NCBI GenBank assembly: GCA_965602015.1
Contig: OZ271918.1
Location: forward strand, 1,600,001-1,664,000
Origin: Salinispira sp.
Lineage (GTDB): Bacteria > Spirochaetota > Spirochaetia > DSM-27196 > Salinispiraceae
Direction: 5' to 3'
Length of the DNA: 64,000 bases
Below the pieces are notes generated by a model. The model was not told the DNA's origin, did no database searches, and saw nothing but the letters and a program-made list of their open reading frames with translations. Position 1 is the first letter of the stretch. Each line of letters opens with the position of its first letter. This document shows positions 20,407 through 31,800 of this stretch, one piece after another. The position numbers and the translations under genes are program-made.

Positions 20407-21804
20407 GTGAACATGACAGCTACCCAAACCGCTGAAGGATTACTGTATCACGTTTTTCCCCTGGGCCTTCACGGAGCATCCCATGATAGCCGCGAAGCGG
20501 TTCTCCGAGGCCACAATATCCGCGAATTTGCCGACTGGATTCCCCACCTTGTGGAGCTGGGAACCAACGCGGTGCTGTTCGGTCCCGTACTTCACTCCTC
20601 ATCTCACGGCTATGACAGCATTGATTTATACAGCGTGGACCCTCGCCTGGGAACCAACCAAGACTTCGCGGAATTATGTGACCAACTGCACCAAAACGAC
20701 ATAGCCGTGGTTATGGATGCGGTATTTAATCACAGCGGCCGGGATTTTTTTGCATTTCAGGATTTGATCCACAAGGGAGAAAACTCGACCTATCGGCACT
20801 GGTATTCGGGTCTCGATTTTTCCCAGGAAGGTCCCATGGGCGACGGTTTTGCCTACGAGTGCTGGGACGGCCATCCCTCTCTACCAAAGTTCAATCTGAG
20901 AAATCCGGAGCTCCGCAGCTATCTGTTCTCCGCCCTCGAGTTATGGATCAGGGATTTCGGAATAGACGGCCTGAGGATGGATGCCGCAGACGTCATCGAC
21001 CCGTATCTCTGGCCGCTGCTGAGAGCTCATGGCGACCTCAATTACCGCCCCCGCCGCCCCCTCAGTTTTAATAAAGGTCGGTTCTGGCTCATGGGCGAAA
21101 TGGTGTTTGGCGATTATTCGGATATTTGCCGGGAAGGCATGCTTGACAGCGTCACCAACTATGAACTGTATAAGGGGCTGTACAGCTCGCATAACGACGG
21201 GAATTACTACGAACTCGCCTGGACACTCAACCGCCAGTTCGGATCCCAGGGTATTTACCGGGGAAAAAAACTCTACAACTTTGTGGATAATCACGATGTA
21301 GACCGCATAGCCAATAGGCTCGACGACCGGGCTCATATGTATCCCCTGCACATACTCCTGTTCACCGTGCCCGGATTGCCATCCCTGTACTACGGCTCGG
21401 AAACCGGGTATCCAGGAGCAAAAGGCAGCAATGATTGGGAACTGCGGCCCCGGATTCACATAGATACAATGCCTGCTGCGGGGCGTCATGCGGATCTGCC
21501 CAGAACCATAACTGCATTGCGGCAGATTCGCTCCGCGAATCCGGCGCTTCAGGACGGAAGCTATCGCCAGGTTTTTGTCGATCATCGACAGTTCGCTTTT
21601 CTGCGGGAAAGTGGGAACCAGGTCATTCTTATAATCGTCAATTCGGAGGATGCTTCCCGCGAACTTACCATAGAAAATCCAAGCCCGGGCACGCGCAAAT
21701 GGGTGGATCTGCTCAACCGGGGACAGGCCTTCGAGGTCGGCGATGACCGGAGCATACGGATGGATATACCATCAAACTGGGGTCGAATTCTCCTGGCAGA
21801 GTAA
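20407..21804 (+). CDS. GH13 alpha-amylase/cyclomaltodextrinase-like glycosidase (cytoplasmic)
   Basis: HGYD, DAVFNH, GLRMDAA (nucleophile D), MGE (acid/base), FVDNHD; AAGGAG RBS before GTG. Confidence 0.9.
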   Translation: MNMTATQTAEGLLYHVFPLGLHGASHDSREAVLRGHNIREFADWIPHLVELGTNAVLFGPVLHSSSHGYDSIDLYSVDPRLGTNQDFAELCDQLHQNDIAVVMDAVFNHSGRDFFAFQDLIHKGENSTYRHWYSGLDFSQEGPMGDGFAYECWDGHPSLPKFNLRNPELRSYLFSALELWIRDFGIDGLRMDAADVIDPYLWPLLRAHGDLNYRPRRPLSFNKGRFWLMGEMVFGDYSDICREGMLDSVTNYELYKGLYSSHNDGNYYELAWTLNRQFGSQGIYRGKKLYNFVDNHDVDRIANRLDDRAHMYPLHILLFTVPGLPSLYYGSETGYPGAKGSNDWELRPRIHIDTMPAAGRHADLPRTITALRQIRSANPALQDGSYRQVFVDHRQFAFLRESGNQVILIIVNSEDASRELTIENPSPGTRKWVDLLNRGQAFEVGDDRSIRMDIPSNWGRILLAE

Positions 21805-22030
21805 GCCGGAGAAACGCCTAACAAAACCCTCATAATTTACTTTTTTCCGTTTGACATCGAAGGTTTTCCGGGGGAAGATGGTTTAACATCACGTGACTTC
21901 GCACCTGCATGCTGCGGGTCTTTTTCCTGGGAACAAGACCCGCTGGTGGGGTAACGCCGGAGGGTATATGCCTATCTCTTTCGAGCCTGCCTCACCTATG
22001 AGCCTGCTAGCTGCGAAAAAGGAAGGGTAT

Positions 22031-24109
22031 ATGAGTTACAGGACCGAAGACATCAGGAATATCGCGGTCGCTGGCCACGGCGGTACAGGGAAGACCACTT
22101 TCGTGGAGAATCTGCTTTTTGACGGCGGAGGAATCGATCGGCCGGAGCCCGTAGAGTCGGGTAAAAGCGTCAGCGATTTCACCGAGGAAGAAATTTCCCA
22201 CAGCATGTCCATGCACACCTCCCTTTCCCACATATTCTGGAAGGATCACAAAATAAACATCCTGGACACCCCCGGCGCCGCGGACTTCGTCGGTGAGGTT
22301 GTAGCGGGTTTTCGAACCGCAGAGAGCGCGGTTATGATGGTCGATGCCGAGTCCGGCGTTCAAATCGAAACAATTAAGTTGTGGCGCCGTCTGGAAGCAC
22401 GCCAAAAACCGCGCATCGTATTTATTAATAAAATGGATAAGGAACGGGCGGACTTCGCCCGCACCCTTGAAGACCTCGAAAATAAATTCGGCGCTCAATT
22501 CGTCCCCGTCACCATGCCGATCGGCAGCGGCTCGGACTATAAGGGTATCATAGACCTGATTCATATGAAGGCCTACCTCAGCCCGGGCGCAGGCAAAAAA
22601 AGCAGCGCGACGGAAATTCCCGCGGATCTCAAGGAGAGCGCCGGAGAGTACCATGAAAAAATGATCGAAGCCGCAGCCCTTGGCGACGATGACCTGACGG
22701 AAAAATATCTCGAAGAAATGGACCTGACGGTCGACGACGCCATCAAGGGTCTCACAGAAGATCTCGTTGAGGGCAAGGTTGTGCCGGTATTCTGCGGCAG
22801 CGCCCTGCTGAACAGCGGTATTGCGGCAGTACTGGATTTTCTGAACATCGCCGCCCCTGCCCCGACGGGAATCGATGAAGTCCGCTACGACCTGGAAAAG
22901 AAAGAGCATCACACTCCGATTAGTCAGGACGGTAAATTCAGCGGCTTCAGTTTCAAAACGAGTATTGACCAGTACGCCGGTAAACTGAGCTATATCAAGG
23001 CGGTTACCGGATGCCTGACTCCCGACATGGAAGTGTACAACATTCGGGAGCGCAAAAAAGAACGGATTAGCAAGATTTATACCTGCCAAGGCAAGAAACT
23101 CGACGAAGTCGACGGCCTGTGCGCCGGCGATATAGGAATTATCAACAAAATCGAATCGGCTCACACAAACGACACCTTCAGCGAGGAAGATCACGAATTG
23201 GTTTTCAAGCCGCTCCAGCTTCCTCAGCCTGTTCACTCAGTGGCCATATCCGCTGAGAGTAAGAAGGATCAGGACAAACTCGGCGAGCTGTTGCAGCGCT
23301 TCGCCGAAGAGGATAAGACCCTTCGTCTGGAATACAATCAGGAAACAAAAGAGACGGTTTTCAGCGGTATGGGCGAGCTCCACCTCAACCTCATCTTTGA
23401 GCGCATTAAAAAAACCGCAAAGATCGAAGTGGTCACCGACACTCCCCGCATTGCCTACCGGGAAACCATCACCAAACCCATCGAAACTGAATACACCCAT
23501 AAAAAACAGTCCGGCGGTCACGGTCAGTACGGCAGGGTGAATATGCGGTTCCGCCCTCTTGAGCGGGGCGAGGGTTTCCAGTTCAGCAATGAAATCCGGG
23601 GCGGTTCAATTGGAAAAGGCTACATGCCGGGTATCGAAAAAGGCTTGCTGGAAGCCATGGAGGAAGGCCCTCTTGCGGGTTATCCGGTGGTCGACCTTGC
23701 AGCGACGGTTTTCGACGGGAAGGAACATCCTGTCGATTCATCGGAAATGGCCTTTAAGCTGGCCGCCCGGGGAGCGCTCAAGGATGCCTATGCCAAGGCG
23801 TCGCCGAAGCTTCTGGAACCCTTTGTTAAGCTTCACGTTTTTGTTGAGGATACCTACATGGGCGACGTCCTGAGCGACTTAAGCTCCAAAAGGGGCCGAG
23901 TACAGGCTCAGAACGACCTGGGAGGCGGCATTACGGAAATCGTCGCCGAGGTTCCCCACGGCGAGCTGCTCCGCTATTCCATCGACCTGAGGTCGATCAC
24001 CAGCGGTACCGGCGGTTTCGAACTCGAATTCAGTCACTATGAGCCGGTAACGGGAAAAATTGCCGACGCCATTGTTGCGGATGCAAAAGCCCGAAGCGAA
24101 GCTGAATAG
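22031..24109 (+). CDS. elongation factor G-like protein (EF-G II clade)
   Basis: GHGGTGKTT, DTPG, NKMD, GMGELHL, HKKQSGGHGQYG, HPVDSSEMAF; RGITI replaced by HSMSM. Confidence 0.9.
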   Translation: MSYRTEDIRNIAVAGHGGTGKTTFVENLLFDGGGIDRPEPVESGKSVSDFTEEEISHSMSMHTSLSHIFWKDHKINILDTPGAADFVGEVVAGFRTAESAVMMVDAESGVQIETIKLWRRLEARQKPRIVFINKMDKERADFARTLEDLENKFGAQFVPVTMPIGSGSDYKGIIDLIHMKAYLSPGAGKKSSATEIPADLKESAGEYHEKMIEAAALGDDDLTEKYLEEMDLTVDDAIKGLTEDLVEGKVVPVFCGSALLNSGIAAVLDFLNIAAPAPTGIDEVRYDLEKKEHHTPISQDGKFSGFSFKTSIDQYAGKLSYIKAVTGCLTPDMEVYNIRERKKERISKIYTCQGKKLDEVDGLCAGDIGIINKIESAHTNDTFSEEDHELVFKPLQLPQPVHSVAISAESKKDQDKLGELLQRFAEEDKTLRLEYNQETKETVFSGMGELHLNLIFERIKKTAKIEVVTDTPRIAYRETITKPIETEYTHKKQSGGHGQYGRVNMRFRPLERGEGFQFSNEIRGGSIGKGYMPGIEKGLLEAMEEGPLAGYPVVDLAATVFDGKEHPVDSSEMAFKLAARGALKDAYAKASPKLLEPFVKLHVFVEDTYMGDVLSDLSSKRGRVQAQNDLGGGITEIVAEVPHGELLRYSIDLRSITSGTGGFELEFSHYEPVTGKIADAIVADAKARSEAE

Positions 24110-24132
24110 GCCCGAACGCAATCCCGAGCACC

Positions 24133-24170
24133 AAAAAAAAAGCCGTCCGGTACTGCCGGACGGCTTTTTT
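24133..24170. terminator. bidirectional intrinsic terminator
   Basis: A-run, AGCCGTCCGG/CCGGACGGCT stem, T-run between convergent genes. Confidence 0.9.
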
Positions 24171-24229
24171 GCAGCCTCGTGCGCGCCTTCCAGGACTGCC
24201 TGAGCGAATGGTTCGTCTTGTTACCCGAT

Positions 24230-25585
24230 TTACTGCCTGTCGGACATAGGAATAAAGGGACGGCCGCCCAAAACATTTTTATATGCCGGGCGGTATATCC
24301 GGCTGCCAAGGGAGAGTTCTTCCAGGCGGTGGGCGCACCATCCGGCGATTCGGCTTACCGCGAAAATTGGGGTAAAAAGCTGATCGGGAATACCCAGCAG
24401 GCTGTACACAAAGCCCGAGTAAAAGTCCACATTCGGGCTGATGACCTTCTCATTTTGCTTAACTTCGGCGAACGCCCGGGGACTGAGTTCTCGAATCAGT
24501 TCGTATAACTGGAATTCCCTCTCGGCGTCTCCGCCCAGCGACTCGGCAAGGGTCTTCGCCTTGGCCTTGAGCAGTTCAGCCCGGGGATCCGATAGGGTGT
24601 AGATGGCATGGCCCATACCGTAAATAAGCCCGCTCCCGTCATGAGCGTCCCCCTGGAGGATCTTTTTGAGATAAGCCAACACGTCACGGCGGTTATCCCA
24701 GTCCTTGAGATTCTCTTTGATATTATTGACCATTTCCCTGACCCGGTTGCTGGCCCCTCCGTGCCGGGAACCCTTGAGGCTGCCCACCGCCGCCGCGATA
24801 GCCGAGTAGGTGTCGGTGTATGCCGAAGTAACCACATGCACTGTGAAGGCCGAGTTGTTACCCCCGCCGTGCTCCGCATGAAGAACCAGGGCCAAATCCA
24901 GCAGTTCGGCCTCCAGCTCGCTGTACTCGCCGCTGGGCCGGATCATATGGAGAAAGTTTTCTGCAGACGAGAGTTCGGGATTCTGCGCATGAATTATAAG
25001 ACTTTCGGAATTGTAAAAGCGGCGGGTAGCCTGATAACTGTAGGCCACCATTGCGGGAAATCTGGCGATCAGCTCGATAGACTGGCGCAGGACATTCCGC
25101 AAACCGTTGTCCTCAGGATTTTTATCATAACTGTAGGTTCCCAAAACCGCCCTGCCCAGCTTATTCATGATGTCCGGGCTGGGGCTACGGAGAATTATAT
25201 CTTCCCAATAACCCGGCGGCATGGTACGACGGGCGCCGATAAGGGAAGTAAACTCTTCGAGCTCGGCGCCATTGGGCAGGCGCCCGAAGAGAAGTAGGTA
25301 GACTACCTCTTCAAAGCCGTGACGCTGCTCTTTTTGGAAGTTGGCGACAATATCGGAAATATCTATGCCCCGATAGCGCAACCGTCCCTCCACGGGGATT
25401 TTTTCATTTTCGTCGAGTATATAGCCGTGGACGTCGCCGATCTCCGTCAGGCCGACCAGGACGCCGGTGCCGTCTTCATTGCGAAGGCCCCGTTTAACCG
25501 AGTATTTCTGATATTCTGCGGGGGTTATTACCTTCGCGCCGCTGATGAGCTTCGCATGTTCATCGATAAATCGGCCTTCGTTCAT
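24230..25585 (-). CDS. gltA: citrate (methylcitrate) synthase
   Basis: LHAEHGGGNNS, HGGA, GMGHAIY..SDPRA, PNVDFYSG. Confidence 0.9.
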   Translation of the reverse strand: MNEGRFIDEHAKLISGAKVITPAEYQKYSVKRGLRNEDGTGVLVGLTEIGDVHGYILDENEKIPVEGRLRYRGIDISDIVANFQKEQRHGFEEVVYLLLFGRLPNGAELEEFTSLIGARRTMPPGYWEDIILRSPSPDIMNKLGRAVLGTYSYDKNPEDNGLRNVLRQSIELIARFPAMVAYSYQATRRFYNSESLIIHAQNPELSSAENFLHMIRPSGEYSELEAELLDLALVLHAEHGGGNNSAFTVHVVTSAYTDTYSAIAAAVGSLKGSRHGGASNRVREMVNNIKENLKDWDNRRDVLAYLKKILQGDAHDGSGLIYGMGHAIYTLSDPRAELLKAKAKTLAESLGGDAEREFQLYELIRELSPRAFAEVKQNEKVISPNVDFYSGFVYSLLGIPDQLFTPIFAVSRIAGWCAHRLEELSLGSRIYRPAYKNVLGGRPFIPMSDRQ

Positions 25586-25728
25586 TGTATATTCTCCGTT
25601 TTCAAGAGGCGTTCTTGGCAAGGCACTTTCACTAGCGCCGTTCCTGCATAGCTGCTTTATGGGATATTTATAAGTATATCACGGGGCATTTTGCATGTAT
25701 ATACAACCTAATTGGCGATATACGGCGA

Positions 25729-26433
25729 TTAGTCAATCTTCCGATAAAAGAGTTCACGAATCGTATAACGTTTTTCAAGGCCCTTCCGTTCAAACGCGGT
25801 TTCAGGCCGCCAGCTCTGGGGTTCGGCAAAGCCATCATACTGGTTTTTTACTCCGGGAAAGGCATCGAGGACTTCCTGCATCCAGATGGCATAATCTTCC
25901 CAATCAGTGGCGAGGTATATATAGCCGTCGCCGAGAAGTTTTGGCGTCAGAAGCTCAAGAAACTGCCTCTGTATGAGTCTCCGTTTAAAGTGTCGTTTTT
26001 TGGGCCAAGGGTCGGGGAAAAAAATATGCACACCGGAAAGGCTGTCGTCTTGTATCATATACTTTAAAACTTCAACGGCGTCGTGCTGAATGATCTTGAG
26101 ATTATCGACACCGCGATCATCAATCCGTTCCATGAGTGCGGCAACACCCGGAATGTGGACCTCCACCCCCAGATAGTTGATGTGAGGATTGCTCTCTGCT
26201 ATCTCTATGGTTGCGTGTCCCATCCCGAAACCAATTTCAAGAACCAGCGGTTTGACGCTTGCAAAGAAATGCCGGGGATCGGAAAGCGAATTGGCAAAGG
26301 GCAGGATATAGCGCTTTGCCAATTGATCGTAACGCTCCCATTTAGCGACGCTCATCCTGCCCTGACGACGGACGAAGGAGCGAACCAGGCGCCGCCCCTC
26401 TCCGTCATACACCGGCTTTGGAATATCCCTCAT
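25729..26433 (-). CDS. trmB: tRNA (guanine-N7)-methyltransferase
   Basis: LEIGFGMG, GVEVH, FFPDPWPKKRH.KRR, ATDWEDY, TAFE; ATGA overlap with ptsP. Confidence 0.95.
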   Translation of the reverse strand: MRDIPKPVYDGEGRRLVRSFVRRQGRMSVAKWERYDQLAKRYILPFANSLSDPRHFFASVKPLVLEIGFGMGHATIEIAESNPHINYLGVEVHIPGVAALMERIDDRGVDNLKIIQHDAVEVLKYMIQDDSLSGVHIFFPDPWPKKRHFKRRLIQRQFLELLTPKLLGDGYIYLATDWEDYAIWMQEVLDAFPGVKNQYDGFAEPQSWRPETAFERKGLEKRYTIRELFYRKID

Positions 26434-28802
26434 TTTCCGGGCTCCTGAATATAGGAGCTGACCTCTGTTTTGATATACTCCTCTAAATCGCACAATTTGC
26501 GAAGGGAGAGCATGTCTTTGGACACTTTTTCCGCCTGTACCCGGTCATAGCTCCCGATAAAACTTTTGAGGTCCGAGATCTTCTTCGGATCTACGGAGAT
26601 TTTTCGCAAGCCCCGTCCGATTAGGAATGGTAGCAGTGCAGGATCCGCGCCGGCTTCACCGCACACCGAGAGTTCGCCGATTTTATCTCCGACGCTCTCA
26701 GTAATTCGGTCCAGCACCCGCAGGACCGCAGGATGGTAGGGCCGGTACATGTCCTCAACTTTTTCGTTGGTGCGATCCACCGCAAGCAGATACATAATCA
26801 GGTCATTGGTTCCGATTGATAAAAAATCACTGTCGCTGGCCAGGTCGCCGGCGATTTCCGCCGCTGCAGGCAGTTCGATCATTGCTCCTAATCGGGGGGA
26901 GTCGTTGAAGGGAATCTTGTCGCTTTTTAACTCGTCCATGGCCCGATACACCATATCCCGGGCATCGTGGTATTCCTCTATAGAGCTGATCATGGGAAAC
27001 ATAATCCCCACATTATGGCCTTCCCCGGCCCTGAGTATGGCCCTGATCTGCTCCATGAAGATTTCTCTGTTGCCGAGGGAAAAGCGAATGCCCCGAAAGC
27101 CCAGGAAGGGATTGGCTTCCCGATGCTCCGGATTGATGCCGATGAGTTTATCGCCCCCTACATCCAGGGTTCGGAAAATAACTTCCTTTTTTCCCATGGG
27201 CTCGAGTACCCGGCGGTAAATGCTCGTCTGATCTTCTTCGGAGGGAAAGTCATTGCGAACCAGAAAGGGAAACTCGCTGCGGTACAGACCGATACCTTCG
27301 GCTTTTTGCTCGACGGCGAACTTAACATCCTGAACGAGATTGACGTTGGCCAGAATCTTGACCCGCGTCCCGTCCGGGGTCTTGCAGCGTTCGGGAATGT
27401 CTATCGTCCGCTGAGTGACCACCGCATATTCCCGTTGAATCCGCTCGTACTGCTCAATTACCGGTACTGCGGGATTTATAAACAGTTTGCCCGCATCGAC
27501 GTTGAGGATTAGGGGGACATCGTCCTCCATGTCGAGGATTCCCACCTCCCGAACAAAAATGGTCGGCAGATTAAGGCTTCTCGCCAGAAGGGCAACGTGG
27601 GCAGTCTCGCCGCCTCCGAGCATTACCAATCCTTCCGCCTTCTCGGCGGCGAACTTGACAATTTCCGAAGGGAAAATGTCGGCGGCCACAATTATCTGTC
27701 CGGAGAAGTCCCGCCGAATTGCCACGGTATCGGCATCCAGATTTCGAATCAACCGGTGACCCAAATCCAGAACATCCTGGGTTTTTTCCTGTATTCGGGG
27801 GTTTGATTGGGAAGAGAACAGTTCGACATAGCGGTTTACCACATCCTGAATTGCATCTTCGGCCCGGTTGCCCTTTTCGATCTCCGCCTGCATGGCTCCT
27901 GAGAATTTGTCGTCCCTGAGCATCAGCATGTGTGCCGAGAAGATTAAGTCGGCGACCTCCGCAATCGCATCGCCCAGGCTTCGCTGAATATCCTCCAGCT
28001 GCTCCTTTGTGCTGCTCAGGCTTTGGGCAAATCGGGTGAGCTCTTCGGTGACCGGATCTGATTTTCTCGTTGCTGAAGTGTTCCCGGCGCCCAGGGCCTC
28101 GAGATCGGACACATCGATATGAACTTCCGGCGCCTTCATTTTGCGAAAACTCTGGGCTTTCCTTCTCAGGATGACCGAGCGTCCTATGCACACCCCGCGC
28201 CCCACACCGACGCCTGCCATAATCTCCGGAAGCCGGGATGTGGTCTCCCTTCTCTCCTGGTAGAGCTCCATGAGAACTTCCGCATTTTCTAAAACCGCAG
28301 CCAACTGGCTGGCGATTGCCCGAAGGGCCCGGGTGTCCTGTTTGGTGAAATAATTCGGCCGTTTGTGCTGAAGGGTGATCACCCCGATTTTGTTGACTCC
28401 CCGGCGTATCGGCACGGCGATAAACGCCTCGAATCGCTCTTCCGAACTGCCGGGAATTGCTTTGAAAAACGGCGACTGACTGGCCTTTCCCTCCCTGATG
28501 GGGCGGATTTCCTTAAAAGACAGGCCGGTTATTCCTTCCCCGACCTGCAGCTCGAGGGTATCGACCAGCTGATCATTCAAACCCTTGGTGGCCCGGAGAA
28601 TAAGCCGGTCCCGGGCATTTTCATAGAGATAGATGGAACAGACGTCGCTGTGCATGTGCTGGGAAACCATGCCGACCACGTCCGAAAGAAATTCGGGTAT
28701 CGAGCCGGTGCGCTCAAAAATGCTGGTCAGCTCCGCCATATTGCAAAGAAGGTCAAAGCTGCGAGTTTGAATCTTGTCGATCTGCCGGTTCCTGCTTTTC
28801 AT
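26430..28802 (-). CDS. ptsP: GAF-domain PEP-protein phosphotransferase (EI-Ntr)
   Basis: N-terminal GAF domain; phospho-His TAHVALLAR; GIGLYRSE, EANPFLGFRG, SIGTNDL, VCGE. Confidence 0.93.
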   Translation of the reverse strand: MKSRNRQIDKIQTRSFDLLCNMAELTSIFERTGSIPEFLSDVVGMVSQHMHSDVCSIYLYENARDRLILRATKGLNDQLVDTLELQVGEGITGLSFKEIRPIREGKASQSPFFKAIPGSSEERFEAFIAVPIRRGVNKIGVITLQHKRPNYFTKQDTRALRAIASQLAAVLENAEVLMELYQERRETTSRLPEIMAGVGVGRGVCIGRSVILRRKAQSFRKMKAPEVHIDVSDLEALGAGNTSATRKSDPVTEELTRFAQSLSSTKEQLEDIQRSLGDAIAEVADLIFSAHMLMLRDDKFSGAMQAEIEKGNRAEDAIQDVVNRYVELFSSQSNPRIQEKTQDVLDLGHRLIRNLDADTVAIRRDFSGQIIVAADIFPSEIVKFAAEKAEGLVMLGGGETAHVALLARSLNLPTIFVREVGILDMEDDVPLILNVDAGKLFINPAVPVIEQYERIQREYAVVTQRTIDIPERCKTPDGTRVKILANVNLVQDVKFAVEQKAEGIGLYRSEFPFLVRNDFPSEEDQTSIYRRVLEPMGKKEVIFRTLDVGGDKLIGINPEHREANPFLGFRGIRFSLGNREIFMEQIRAILRAGEGHNVGIMFPMISSIEEYHDARDMVYRAMDELKSDKIPFNDSPRLGAMIELPAAAEIAGDLASDSDFLSIGTNDLIMYLLAVDRTNEKVEDMYRPYHPAVLRVLDRITESVGDKIGELSVCGEAGADPALLPFLIGRGLRKISVDPKKISDLKSFIGSYDRVQAEKVSKDMLSLRKLCDLEEYIKTEVSSYIQEPGK

Positions 28803-28859
28803 CGGTCTACCATAATAGAGGATTAATCCGCTTTTGGGTAGCGTGGGATTGGCCGAGCT

Positions 28860-31800
28860 CTACCCGGCAATGCTTGACAGGCGATCGCGCAGATATTCGC
28901 TCTTCTCTTTCAAGCCGACTACTGAGGTGTCGACAATAAGCACTTCAGGGTGCTTGGGATCGACCTTCACGCTGCCTCCGCTTGTGCGGATGAGTTCCAT
29001 GATTTTATTGATATTGAGTTTGGCGACCTTGGCAAAATGGACCCGGGCGGAACCCCTGCGCTCCCTGATCATTGAAATATTGAGGTCCCAGCAGAGAATC
29101 CGGATTTCCGCAAGAGACAGGAGACTGGCCACCTCATCGGGAATCGGACCGTAGCGGTCCAGGATTTCCGCGTGCACCGCATCAAGATTCTCCTGGGAGG
29201 TGACAGCGGCTATTTTTTTATACACTTCCATCTTTTCCATGGTATCCGAAATATACGAATCGGGGATGAATCCGCTGTATTCCATCTCGAGGTAAATTTC
29301 CGAGGGCAGCTCTTCCTGCTCGTCGCTAAGCCGGCGGATCGCCTGATCAAGGAGACGCAGGTACAAGTCAAAGCCAATCGAGTATATATCTCCGCTCTGT
29401 TGGGAACCGAGCAGATTGCCCGCCCCCCGGACCTCCAGGTCCTTCATGGCTATTTTAAAGCCCGAACCCAGTTCGGTATGATCAGAAATAATCTGAAGCC
29501 GCTTCATCGCCAGTTCGCTCAGCGCCCGCTGTTCGGGGTACAGCAAGTAGGCATGGGCGAGCCGCCCGCTGCGCCCTACCCGTCCTCGCAGCTGATAGAG
29601 CTGACTGATTCCGTACATATCAGCCCTGTCGATAATAATCGTGTTCACATTAGGTATATTGATGCCGTTTTCAATGATGGTGGTGGCCACCAGCACCTGG
29701 AAGCCGCCGTGGATAAAGCGGTGCATAATATCCTCGAGCTCGTGGGGATTCATTTGACCGTGAGCCATTTCAACCATGACCTCGGGCACGATCTTCCGTA
29801 GAAAGAGCTGGACATTCTCAAGGGTTTCCACCCGGTTATGCAAATAGAATACCTGTCCTCCCCGTTCAACCTCCCGTCGTATTGCCCGGGCAACCAGCTC
29901 CTCGTCGAAGGCTTCGACATAGGTCTCAATGGGACGTCGGTTGTACGGAGGGGTTTTTAATAAGCTCATATCCCGAATCTTCAGCAGGCTCATATGCAGG
30001 GTTCGGGGTATGGGTGTGGCCGAAAGTGTGAGGCAGTCAATTGAGGCCTTTAATTCCTTGAGCCGTTCTTTATCCTTAACCCCAAAGCGCTGCTCCTCAT
30101 CGATTATCAATAGCCCCAGATTTGCGAACTTCACATCCTTTTGGATAATGCGGTGGGTTCCCACCACCATGTCGGTTTCGCCCTCTTCAAGGGACTTCAG
30201 GGTTTTTCGCTGTTCACCCTTTCCCACAAGCCGGCTCATCATGGCGGTTTTTACGGGAAACTTTTCGAGCCGTTCCTCGAGATTTTCAAAATGCTGTTCG
30301 GCAAGGATGGTTGTGGGGGCGAGAAAGGCGACCTGCTTGCCGGCGCTGATGGCCTTAAATGCGGCCCGCATGGCGATTTCGGTTTTTCCGTATCCCACAT
30401 CTCCGCAGACAAGCCGGTCCATTGGAACGGCCCGTTCCATATCCCGCTTGACCTCATCGATGCAGCGCACTTGGTCCTCGGTTTCTTCGAAGGGAAAGGA
30501 AGCTTCAAACTCAATCTGCCATTCGCTGTCCTCGGGAAAGGCGTAGCCGGTGGCTTTTTTGCGTTTGCTGTAGAGGGTAAGCAGACGCTCAGCCAAATCT
30601 TCCACATGTTTGGAAACCCGGCTCTTTCGCTTTTCCCAGCTCTTTCCCCCAATGGTGTCGAGGCGGGGATCCGAGCCCTGGCTGCCGATATAGCGTTGGA
30701 TAAGATTCACTTGCTCAATGGGGACGAAAATGTATTCTTCTCCGGCATACTCGAGCTTGATATAATCCCGCTCGTTACCCCCGGCGGTTATCCGCTGAAT
30801 ACCCCGGAATTTCCCGATACCGTGGTTCACATGGACAACGTGGTCTCCCTCGTCGAGTTCGACAAAACTGTCTATGGCCTCACTCTTGACCTTTTTGACC
30901 GAGCGCGGTACCCGCTTCTTCCGGCCGAAGATTTCGTTTTCATGGATGACCATGACCGAGCGATCCCGGATACTGAAGCCCTCCGAGATATTCTCCGGAA
31001 GAATTTCCAACTGGTACTCGTTAAGCAGGTGGTCGAGACGCATTTTTTGGACATCTGAATCCGCAAGGATGATTACTCGGTATCCCGCGGAGAGCATATT
31101 CTCGAGCTCTTCCTTAAAAAAGGTGATATTGCCAAAATAGCTGCGTGAGCCGTCAGAGTCGAAGCGGACCTCGGCGGCAGCGGGAAGCAATGCCGGACGG
31201 GCGCTGCGGTCAATGGGACGCTCATCCTCCATAAGAGACTCAACGGGGCTGTCATCCGAGACCCCATGGTCCTCCGGATGGGCAGACTTAAGAAGCGGCA
31301 TTCGAAGCAGCGAAGGTGAATCGTTTTCCAAAACCTCAAGGGGTATGAGAAGCCGCTCAGGCCGGGGAATCGGTTCACTGTGCCGAATCTTACGGTACAT
31401 CGCCCCGTATTCCCGCTGAAGACTTTCCTCGGCGGCGTAGCAGCGCTCATATTCACCGAGAACGGTGAGGCATTTTTCTCCCAGATAGTCCATGATCGAT
31501 GACTGTCGCTGGGTGCGGAATGCCAGGGGAAAAAACCGCTCATGGCCTTCCTGTTCGGTAAGTATCCAAGCTTCGATGATCTCATCGGCCCGTTCGCGGA
31601 TTTCCGGGAGTTTTTCCAGATTGCTGCGGAGTATGGCGATTCGCTCTTCATCCCAGATGAGCTCCCGGCTGGGACGTATGGAAATATTTTCGAGAGTCTC
31701 AAGCGAGGACTGGCTGCCCACATCAAAGCGGCGTATCTGCTCGATTTCATCCCATCCGAACACGATTCTGATGGGATTATCATCGCCGGCCATAAATACA

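Noticed and set aside
22007..23236. 409-aa antisense ORF
   Set aside because: Shadow frame of the EF-G II gene.
30141..31058. 305-aa antisense ORF
   Set aside because: Shadow frame of mfd; no motifs.
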